Source of the DNA: an uncultured archaeon
GTDB lineage: Archaea; Iainarchaeota; Iainarchaeia; Iainarchaeales; Iainarchaeaceae
Direction: 5' to 3'
Assembly (NCBI GenBank): GCA_964394025.1
Contig: CAYMWD010000001.1
Span: 1 to 24,972 of the forward strand
Length of the DNA stretch: 24,972 nucleotides
Shown one piece after another: positions 15,919-23,549 of this stretch (the first letter of the stretch is position 1; every line of letters starts with the position of its first letter). Both the position numbers and the translations under genes were made by a program. The notes below the pieces were generated by a model. The model saw nothing but the letters and a program-made list of their open reading frames with translations, was not told where the DNA came from and did no database searches.

Positions 15919-18900
15919 TTAAGCAAGGTCCATTGCGTCAATATCGTTTATTAATTCCTGTACAGCTGATCCTGTATCAGAAGCTGTGTATCCTGCAACG
16001 TAGATATCTCCTGTTGTTGCGTCAATTCTTGCTACTTTATCGCCTGGAGCTGTTAGCTCGTCTTCAAGGCTTGCTGCAAGACTGTTGACTATGTGACCAC
16101 CAACAATTACGTTAGGGCCGCTTGGATTGTCTACATCTAGGTATACTAGAGGCTTGCTGATGTCTGCTGGTGTAGCGTATGTTTCAGGAGTAGCTTTACA
16201 TGTTCCAGCTTCTCCGCCTTCAACTGCACCGCATGATCCGCCTGCAACTGCTTCAACAGTAACCTTTGAGCCTGAGTCAGTTGTTCCTGATTCTCCGACT
16301 GCAAGAGTCAATGTTTCTCCACCTGAGACTTCTCTTGTTGTTTCAGCACCGTATACAACTATCTGTACTTTCTCTGCATTTTCAGGCATTGAGATTTTTA
16401 CACCTGCGTCGCTATCAAGCAACCAAGCTTTTGAACCTGCGTCTGTGTATGCAGCAGTATAGTAATTACTTCCTGTGCCTGATGTCAGAGTCAATGTTGG
16501 AGTTCCGTTGAAGTCCGCATCACTTGAGTAACCTGTTAGGTTAGAGTTGTTGAATGGACCAAGAGCTTGTCCGTCTGCTGTATCTATGTAGACGTTGAAA
16601 TCTCCATTACTTACTGCATCATCAACAACGAAGTTTGCAACAAAGTATGCGTTTCCGTTACTGTATGCAACTGCGCTGTTGTAGTCTGGATCCTGTGGAA
16701 CGTAGTGTCCAAACTGTGTTGAAGTTCCGTCTGTTCTGGTGAATGAACTTCCTGAAAGACCTGAACCTGCTCCGTTTTTGAAGTCAAGTCCTATTCCTTT
16801 TTTCTCAGTATAGGATGCATCGTTTGGCATTGTTGTTCCAAGGAAGTTAATTACTTTGTTATTCTGGATTACGTTTGACTCGTCCATTCCTATAGTGTCT
16901 GCATCAAGCATTAACCATAGTCTATTTAGAGTTGTAGCAGGATTTACTGCGTAAAGAACGCCTCTGTCCTGACTTCCCTGTAATTCCAAATTAACTCCGC
17001 TTGCGTTTCCATCAATTACTCTATCTTGAGTAAAGAACATCAACCCATAACCTTCTTGAGCAGTTAATGTTGACCCATTATTGTACAAAAGAGTTCCTGA
17101 TGAATTCTCCTTTCTGAACTGCATTGCACCATCTACTGACAATCCTATTTTTGCTGTAGCAGAAGCGTTCGTGTCAGTATAGGTGTATGTTACACCGTCA
17201 ACATTGAAAACATCTCCAAGCAGTAAGTTTGCATCGGCATTACTACCCAAAATGATACCAACACCCGCAACAGTAATCTGTGCATTAGTATCACTTGTTG
17301 GAGTATTTACTACAGTCCATACTCTTCCATTGATTGTATCAGCAGTAGTAACTGCGAAATTCAAATCGTTTGTATTAGTTGAATCTGCATTTGTACCATA
17401 GTTCAAATCATACCAGATTGTTTTTCCATCAAATACAAAAGTATCTCCTGTATCTGTGTCGTCCAATTCTAGTGCGAATGGAATTACGTGGTCTGCATCG
17501 TCAGCACCTCTGAATTTCAGTCCGCCTTCTGCAGAATCGTCAAGACCTGAAACAGCTGTTCCAAATTCAACGGTTGTTACTTCTTCTTTTCCTTCCCATC
17601 CAAGGAATTCTACTTTTGCATACCCTTTTCCAAGAGCATCGTCCATAAGAGACTGTCCGAATTCAGCTGTAGTTCCTTCCATGCCGGTCAATGAATCTCC
17701 TGCGTTAGTAGGATATAATGGACCGTTGGTTGAAGATGAATTGTTCCATTTGTCTCTGCTGTTTTGGATTTTTATTTTATCAAGGCTATTTCCTGATACT
17801 GTCAAAGATACTGTGTAATCATAGATTCCTGAAGTATCTGTTGGGTCGTATGGGTAACCTTTTGTGTTGTATAACTCAATAGTGTCTGTACCTTTTGTTA
17901 ATTCAACATATCCAACTTCTGTTGTAGATCCAACAGCAACTGTATTGATGTACAAATTACTTTTCAGAGCGTAATCTCCATCTGAATCTTGGAAGTACTC
18001 TTTAAGGTTAGGTGTTCCGTCAGATGCAACTGTTTGAATGTCGATTAAGTTTTCTTCTTCATCGTACAATTCAAAAGTTCCGCTGTATGTTGTTGTTGCA
18101 GCACCTGTTTGGATAATCTGAACAACTTTAACAGTTACTGACTGTTCATCAAGTTCTCCAGCACCTACAAGACCTTTAACTGTTTCTCCTTCATTGTATG
18201 ATTCTTTAGAGCTTGCTTTAACCATTCTTATATTTGTATTTCCTGTCAAAGTAGCTGCACTAAGTTCATACTCTTCACCGAAGAAAACAACTTTTACGTT
18301 ATCGTTTGAGCCGTCAGTGAATGATGTTGTTCCCAAATCAATTCCACCTGTGCCTAAAACAGATTCGTAATAGAAGTCTCCGCCTTCCATGTATGCGACC
18401 AAATCAGTTATGTCTGATGATGTGTCGAATTTTGCGTTAACTTTTACTCCCATTCTTTCAGTAATTGTTGGGGTTGTTGAGTTGTTGTCAACTTTTTGTG
18501 CTAAACTAGCATTGTACAAATGAGGTAACTGTGCATCAGTCATAACATTTGTGTCGTTAGCATTATTTACTTCAATACCTGAGGATGAATCAAGAGATAC
18601 TTTATATTCTTTTGATCCAGCACCGAATGATACTGTTCCTCCAACTGTTACGTCAACTGTCAGGTCGCTTAAATCAAGTTCTGCTGAACCTGAGCCTGTA
18701 CCTGCGTTTCCTGAAACGCTAACAGTTTTTGTTGTAGCTGCTTTTTCTGCAATTTTTGCTGCAAGATTTCCTGCCCAAACTGCGTCTGAAAGAGCTGCCT
18801 CTGATCCAACTACAATGTTCACCTTAGGTGTTCCATTTGCGTTGTATATATCGTCTTTAGTGACGTCGGTTGCTGATACAATTGGTGCGATTGCTGTTCC

Positions 18901-18957
18901 TAGCAATACTGCTCCAGTTGCGATTGCAGCCAACTTTTTCACATTGAATCCTTTCAT
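15919..18957 (-). CDS. S-layer protein (S_layer_N/S_layer_C, Methanococcales-type), 1012 aa
   Basis: Signal peptide MKGFNVKKLAAIATGAVLLGTAIAPIVSA; N-domain IVVGSEAALSDAVWAGNLAAKI; C-domain VIVGGHIVNSLA...IYVAGYTASDT; acidic T/D/G/N-rich middle with at least a dozen N-x-S/T sequons. The GTG at 18969 lies inside the SD, so ATG 18957 was chosen. Confidence 0.9.
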   Translation of the reverse strand: MKGFNVKKLAAIATGAVLLGTAIAPIVSATDVTKDDIYNANGTPKVNIVVGSEAALSDAVWAGNLAAKIAEKAATTKTVSVSGNAGTGSGSAELDLSDLTVDVTVGGTVSFGAGSKEYKVSLDSSSGIEVNNANDTNVMTDAQLPHLYNASLAQKVDNNSTTPTITERMGVKVNAKFDTSSDITDLVAYMEGGDFYYESVLGTGGIDLGTTSFTDGSNDNVKVVFFGEEYELSAATLTGNTNIRMVKASSKESYNEGETVKGLVGAGELDEQSVTVKVVQIIQTGAATTTYSGTFELYDEEENLIDIQTVASDGTPNLKEYFQDSDGDYALKSNLYINTVAVGSTTEVGYVELTKGTDTIELYNTKGYPYDPTDTSGIYDYTVSLTVSGNSLDKIKIQNSRDKWNNSSSTNGPLYPTNAGDSLTGMEGTTAEFGQSLMDDALGKGYAKVEFLGWEGKEEVTTVEFGTAVSGLDDSAEGGLKFRGADDADHVIPFALELDDTDTGDTFVFDGKTIWYDLNYGTNADSTNTNDLNFAVTTADTINGRVWTVVNTPTSDTNAQITVAGVGIILGSNADANLLLGDVFNVDGVTYTYTDTNASATAKIGLSVDGAMQFRKENSSGTLLYNNGSTLTAQEGYGLMFFTQDRVIDGNASGVNLELQGSQDRGVLYAVNPATTLNRLWLMLDADTIGMDESNVIQNNKVINFLGTTMPNDASYTEKKGIGLDFKNGAGSGLSGSSFTRTDGTSTQFGHYVPQDPDYNSAVAYSNGNAYFVANFVVDDAVSNGDFNVYIDTADGQALGPFNNSNLTGYSSDADFNGTPTLTLTSGTGSNYYTAAYTDAGSKAWLLDSDAGVKISMPENAEKVQIVVYGAETTREVSGGETLTLAVGESGTTDSGSKVTVEAVAGGSCGAVEGGEAGTCKATPETYATPADISKPLVYLDVDNPSGPNVIVGGHIVNSLAASLEDELTAPGDKVARIDATTGDIYVAGYTASDTGSAVQELINDIDAMDLA

Positions 18958-18965
18958 TTTTCGTT

Positions 18966-18972
18966 TCACCTC
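18966..18972 (-). promoter_or_regulatory. Shine-Dalgarno site of the S-layer gene
   Basis: GAGGTGA located 8 nt upstream of ATG 18957. Confidence 0.8.
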
Positions 18973-19057
18973 ACAATGAATTTTATCAAAAGTTACTTCC
19001 GACCAGCCATGGCTATGGCGAAGCCGGTTGTAGGCTCTTATATTGAATTGCTCACTT

Positions 19058-19073
19058 TATTTAAAAAGGTTTC
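19058..19073 (-). promoter_or_regulatory. BRE/TATA promoter candidate for the S-layer gene
   Basis: GAAACCTTTTTAAATA. It predicts a transcription start near 19035 and a leader of roughly 80 nt. Confidence 0.6.
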
Positions 19074-19247
19074 GGTCAGCGAAAAACTCTTAAAGCCCTT
19101 TATATGCGAAATAGGACTAAATTTAAGGCTTTTGATGAACCGTGCATAGTCAATAAACGAACCTTCTTGAATCGCCAATTTTATGGCTAATTCTATTAGT
19201 ATTTAAGGTAAAGAAACTAATAAAAAGAGACTTTTTTCGGCAATAGT

Positions 19248-19892
19248 CTATTTTTTAGGAGCATATAGGCTTTTTGAGAAATTAGCTAGTTCTTCTTTTG
19301 CCATTGATTTGACCATTGCATTATTGTATATTTGAATCATTTCAGCCATTTCCATAAATGCATCTTGCAAATCATCCATAGCTAAAACAACTTTTTTTGG
19401 CCTTAATACTTCTACTGAGGTTGGACCAAATAAATATAGGAATCTTACCAATGTTGTAAAATCTTTTGCACTTAAATTTACTTCAATATATGCAGTGTAG
19501 TGAACGTCTTCTTTTATTGGCGCTACTTGAAAGATGTCATAAACAATGTAATCTTTGTTTTCTTTTATTTTTTCTTCAATATCATTCATGTGTTTTTTTA
19601 AAAATTCTTCTTCTACTGCTCTGAATTCAATAATCGCTTTAATCCTCATATCAAAAGGATCTTTTTCTTGGATTTCTTTTCTTCTTCTTACTGCTTCTGC
19701 AATATTTTCCATTAAATAATATTTTTGAGGATACCCTTCAATTTTAACTACTTTAATTTTCAGCATTTGTTTAAGTGAAGCATTAAGATCATCAAATGGA
19801 ATATTCAATTGTGCTTTTAGTTCTTCAACTGTTTTTGGCGAGCTCAAAAGAACTAGAGCAATTTTTTTTTGGTTTTCAGTAAATCTTGACAT
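19248..19892 (-). CDS. N-terminal winged-HTH domain fused to an uncharacterised archaeal domain
   Basis: N-terminal FTENQKKIALVLLSSPKTVEELKAQLNIPFDDLNASLKQMLKIKVVK resembles a TrmB/ArsR-like wHTH. C-terminal IKAIIE...YTAYIEV...FGPTSVEVLRP resembles, from memory only, a conserved uncharacterised archaeal family. Confidence 0.65.
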   Translation of the reverse strand: MSRFTENQKKIALVLLSSPKTVEELKAQLNIPFDDLNASLKQMLKIKVVKIEGYPQKYYLMENIAEAVRRRKEIQEKDPFDMRIKAIIEFRAVEEEFLKKHMNDIEEKIKENKDYIVYDIFQVAPIKEDVHYTAYIEVNLSAKDFTTLVRFLYLFGPTSVEVLRPKKVVLAMDDLQDAFMEMAEMIQIYNNAMVKSMAKEELANFSKSLYAPKK

Positions 19893-19987
19893 AAAATTCC
19901 TTCTATATATTTTTCATTAATAGTACTTATAATTTCATTACTATATAGAATAATTATATTAAGGTTTTTATTTGGGTTAGAGTGATT

Positions 19988-21259
19988 ATGAAAGAATATA
20001 ATCTTGATTTACATCTTCATGGCCTTTATGCTGGCGGAGTTAGCAACAAAATAACTATTCCTGTAATGGCTGAACAGTCAAGAATTAAAGGGTTAAATGT
20101 GCTTTCTACTGCAGATATTGTTCATCAAAAGTGGCTCGAGCATGTTAAGGCAAATCTTGTTGAAGAAAGTAATGGGATTTACAAAGACAAGAAAGGGAAT
20201 TGTAATTTTATAATAGGTGGAGAAATAGAAGACAACAAAAGGATACATCATATTTTTTATTTGCCTTCAATTGAAAGCGCATATGAACTTCGCGAGAAAT
20301 TTATGGGCAAAGGAAATTTGGATTGCATAATGTGCGGCCGCCCAAAGCTAAGAGTTAGTGCTGAAGAGTTTGCAATTGCTGTTGATGAAGTGAAAGGAAT
20401 TTTTGGGCCTTCACATTCATTCACACCTTACACTGGAATTTATGCACACTTTGATTCTTTGAAAGACGCATATGGTTCAATGTATAAAAAACTGAATTTT
20501 ATTGAACTAGGTTTAAGTGCTGATACTGAATTAGCTGATTCAATTAAAGAAAATCACAATTATTCTTTTCTTACAAGCAGTGATGCACATTCACCTTGGC
20601 CACATAGAATAGGCAGAGAATTTACAAGAATAAAAATGAATGAACCTGATTTTAAATCATTAAAAAAAGCAGTAGAAAATAAAGATGAAAAATTAATTAC
20701 ACTTAATGCAGGGCTTAATCCAAGAGAAGGCAAATACCATTGCAGTGCATGCAATAATTGTTTTGAGAAATATACAATGGAACAATCCGAAACAAACAAA
20801 TGGAAATGCGTGAAATGTAAATCCGGGCAAATTAAAAGAGGCGTAAGAGATAGAATTGCAATGTTAGCTACTGAAAATTTCTCGCCTAAATTCAGACCCC
20901 CTTATTTACATCTTTTGCCTCTTGCAGAAATTATTCAACAATCAGTAAAAACTAAAGGAATTCTTACTGTAAAAATACAAAGCAAATGGAAACAATTTAT
21001 AGATTCTTTTGAAAATGAAATTCAAATTCTTGTTGATGCTGAAAAAGAAGAACTTGAAAAAATAGACAAAGATGTTGCTGAAAAAATAATTGCATTCCGC
21101 GAAGGTTTGGTGCTTTACATTCCCGGAGGCGGAGGGGATTATGGTAAACCAATAATTTGCAGTTCTAAAGAAGAATTAAGAAAGAAAAAAACAGAACTTG
21201 AAAATAAATTAGCAGGAAAATCTGAAGCAGGGCTACAGAAAAAATTAGAAGATTTTTAA
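19988..21259 (+). CDS. endQ: Endonuclease Q-like PHP-domain DNA repair endonuclease (TIGR00375 family)
   Basis: DLHLH, EIED..RIHH, GPSHSFTPY, ELGLSAD, SDAHSPWPHRIGREF, NAGLNPREGKYH, Zn finger CSAC..C...CVKC, GVRDRI, RPPY..L.PLAEII and PGGGG.YG, all colinear with Thermococcales EndoQ as I recall it. ATG 19988 follows SD-like GAGTGAT. Confidence 0.88.
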   Translation: MKEYNLDLHLHGLYAGGVSNKITIPVMAEQSRIKGLNVLSTADIVHQKWLEHVKANLVEESNGIYKDKKGNCNFIIGGEIEDNKRIHHIFYLPSIESAYELREKFMGKGNLDCIMCGRPKLRVSAEEFAIAVDEVKGIFGPSHSFTPYTGIYAHFDSLKDAYGSMYKKLNFIELGLSADTELADSIKENHNYSFLTSSDAHSPWPHRIGREFTRIKMNEPDFKSLKKAVENKDEKLITLNAGLNPREGKYHCSACNNCFEKYTMEQSETNKWKCVKCKSGQIKRGVRDRIAMLATENFSPKFRPPYLHLLPLAEIIQQSVKTKGILTVKIQSKWKQFIDSFENEIQILVDAEKEELEKIDKDVAEKIIAFREGLVLYIPGGGGDYGKPIICSSKEELRKKKTELENKLAGKSEAGLQKKLEDF

Positions 21260-22023
21260 CGAACATACGTTAGTTTGCTTTCGTCAGAATCTGAATCATT
21301 AAATTGTTTTGTAAGAGCTGCAAAAGTTTTTTCTATTTCTTTTGCCTCCTTATCCATCTTATTCATGTCCACTTTGAAACCATATTTTTTGATTATAAGT
21401 TCAAGAACTTTTTTTGCCGCACCAGGATCGCCATAAACAAGATTTGCACTTGTCTCACCCATAAGACATGAACCAACAATTCCATTTTCTTTACCAATGC
21501 CGGCCAAAAGTCCTGCTGCACCACTAATAAGACCCAAAGGTTTGTCAGTTATTGCCCCTGCTTTTTTCCACTCTGCAAGTTTATTTTTAGTAGTAGCTGC
21601 TGCAATAACCCGCGGAGAGGATTGCATTCTTTTATCGCCTACATTAATTCCTGCAAGAGTACAAACTTCGCCAAGCCCTTTTTCTTTTAAAGCAGCGATT
21701 ATTGATTCTGAAAATTCAAAATGTTCTTGAGCACCGTGCCTTACATCTAATGAAGGTTGAACTGGGCCCGAAAGAAAAATAAAATCTTGATTGTCAACAG
21801 AACAATAATAAAGTTCATCTTTTATTAGCTCAAGAAGTCCTGTTGTTGTATGCACACTAGGAGGAAAAGATGTCGAAGTTATTTCAGCAAATTTTTCTGC
21901 TTTAAGATGCTTAAGAAGATAATCTACACAAATTTTTCCAACCAAACCTATACCAGGTAAACCGGCAATAAGAACTGCGTTTTTAAATTTTTTTTCTTTT
22001 AAAAAAATTACTTTTGTGCTCAT
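21256..22023 (-). CDS. PAC2-family proteasome assembly chaperone-like protein (COG2047)
   Basis: LIAGLPGIGLVGKI.VDYL, ISGAAGLL, CLMGET and DPGAAKKVL. Occupies its conserved position downstream of aIF2alpha. Confidence 0.9.
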   Translation of the reverse strand: MSTKVIFLKEKKFKNAVLIAGLPGIGLVGKICVDYLLKHLKAEKFAEITSTSFPPSVHTTTGLLELIKDELYYCSVDNQDFIFLSGPVQPSLDVRHGAQEHFEFSESIIAALKEKGLGEVCTLAGINVGDKRMQSSPRVIAAATTKNKLAEWKKAGAITDKPLGLISGAAGLLAGIGKENGIVGSCLMGETSANLVYGDPGAAKKVLELIIKKYGFKVDMNKMDKEAKEIEKTFAALTKQFNDSDSDESKLTYVR

Positions 22024-22790
22024 TACTTTTCAACTCTTTCAAATTCTGTTTTTCCATTAGAAGAAACAATAATAGAATTCAGCCCCTCATAAATTTCTTT
22101 CAAATTCTTTTCAGCAGATTTGTAATCAGGAGCAGAAACTTTCATGCTATAAATACCTGAACCTTCATAAAAAATTTCAAGCGCACTTCCTGCTTTTTTC
22201 TGCACATCATTAAGAGTTTTTTTTATCACTTCAATGCCCCCTGAATCAGGAACGGAAATCAAAACTTTTGCTTTTACCGTTTTTATAGGAAGTTCAAAAT
22301 TTTTCTCAACCATTTCCACAAGAGGCTTCAGCCATTTATTCGAAACTCCTTTTGCTTCGCTTTCACCATTAAGTCTTATTGCATTAAAAGCTTCATAAAG
22401 AGAATCATAATGTTCAAGCAAAGGTTCTGCAACTTCAGCCCATGCAACCTCATGCTTTTCTTTCATATCTTCAGCAAGAAGCTCTAAAAGTTTTTGAATT
22501 CTTTTGAACTGTTTATATTCTTCTATTTTCGAACGTTGGAGTTTTGAAGATACTTTTGTAAGCGAAATGTCAATTTGTTTTTTTTCGGGATAAACATTAG
22601 TAACTTTTCCAGCTCTAATTTGCCCTTCCTTAACAAAATTTCTGATATTTTTTACCCAACTAGTACTAACTTCAGAAATATGCACAAAACCTTGCATATT
22701 ATCATATTCAATTAGCTCCATAAAAACTCCATAATTGAGCACTTTTGTAATCTTCCCTATTACTATTTCGCCTTGTTCAGGATATTCCAT
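22023..22790 (-). CDS. eif2a: Translation initiation factor 2 subunit alpha
   Basis: YPEQGEIVIGKI...YGVFMEL.EY...GFVHISEVS..WVKNIRNFVKEGQ (S1 domain), IDISL, and C-terminal YSMKVSAPDYKSAE. Confidence 0.96.
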   Translation of the reverse strand: MEYPEQGEIVIGKITKVLNYGVFMELIEYDNMQGFVHISEVSTSWVKNIRNFVKEGQIRAGKVTNVYPEKKQIDISLTKVSSKLQRSKIEEYKQFKRIQKLLELLAEDMKEKHEVAWAEVAEPLLEHYDSLYEAFNAIRLNGESEAKGVSNKWLKPLVEMVEKNFELPIKTVKAKVLISVPDSGGIEVIKKTLNDVQKKAGSALEIFYEGSGIYSMKVSAPDYKSAEKNLKEIYEGLNSIIVSSNGKTEFERVEK

Positions 22791-22800
22791 TTCAATTCAC

Positions 22801-22998
22801 TCAGATATTTGTTTTGAGTATTTTTGTTTTAAGCCTTATTTTTGAAGCGCCTGTGTCAGCAAGTAAATTATTGCATACCAAACATTTTACTTTTGTTGAA
22901 GCTGCACTAAATGCGTTCTGTTCATTACCACACCCAGGACATTTAAGCCTATAAAAAACTGTTTTTGGTTTTGAGATAAGTTTTTGTTCATCAATCAT
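22801..22998 (-). CDS. rps27e: 30S ribosomal protein S27e
   Basis: KPKTVFYRLKCPGCGNEQ..FS.AST.V.CLVC (C4 Zn finger). ATGA overlap with the gins stop. Confidence 0.95.
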   Translation of the reverse strand: MIDEQKLISKPKTVFYRLKCPGCGNEQNAFSAASTKVKCLVCNNLLADTGASKIRLKTKILKTNI

Positions 22999-23549
22999 GA
23001 CATAACCTCCGTGAGTTTTTTATCTGAAAGAAGTTTTGCAATTTTAAGAGGAAGTTCTACAACTTCGCCTTTTTTAAACGGACCATATTCATTCATGTCC
23101 GCGCCAACAAATTCAGGAATGTCTGAAAGAATTTTCACTGAAAGGTTATTTAAATCCTTCTTGCCGGAACTAGGCGAACCATTATCAGAAAAAATATCGT
23201 CAATTATATTCCCATGTTTTTTTAAAACACTTAAAAGATCCCTAAAAACCTTTTTTTCCTGCAAAGCCATTCGTGAATCATCAACATCACCTGTGCGCCA
23301 AGCAATTAAAGCAGCATTAAGAATTTTTTTAATTCTCATCGAAAAAATTTCTTCCGCCATTTTTTTTAGATTTGTGAAATCTCTGGTATTTGATGAAGAA
23401 AAATTTTTCAATGAATCTAAATAAGTTTTTTTTTCACCCGAAAGAAAAGAATTGAGGTCATTATAAAATTCCTGGTCAACCTGAACAAGTTTAACTGAAC
23501 TTTTTTCAAGTCTATGAATTCTGCGAATTTCATCGTAAGATAATTCCAT
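22995..23549 (-). CDS. DNA replication complex GINS subunit (Gins51/Gins15)
   Basis: Helical A domain (LSYDEIRRIHRLEK...EFY...RIKKIL...EKKVF) plus C-terminal B domain (VKILSDIPEFVGADM.EYGPFKKGEVVELP..IA.LL). Occupies its conserved position after priS. Confidence 0.88.
   Translation of the reverse strand: MELSYDEIRRIHRLEKSSVKLVQVDQEFYNDLNSFLSGEKKTYLDSLKNFSSSNTRDFTNLKKMAEEIFSMRIKKILNAALIAWRTGDVDDSRMALQEKKVFRDLLSVLKKHGNIIDDIFSDNGSPSSGKKDLNNLSVKILSDIPEFVGADMNEYGPFKKGEVVELPLKIAKLLSDKKLTEVMS

Noticed and set aside
15919-18957. Visibly higher GC and different codon use in the S-layer gene as a sign of horizontal transfer
   Set aside because: Explained by G/A/T/D-rich composition and a preference for TAC, AAC, TTC and GAC codons typical of highly expressed genes. 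It shares its promoter motif with rpl10e, and there are no mobility genes nearby.
16127-18979. Several plus-strand ORFs (16127-16462, 17183-17401, 17456-17818, 18551-18979) inside the S-layer gene
   Set aside because: Shadow frames expected from the biased codon use of a highly expressed gene; no motifs or initiation signals.
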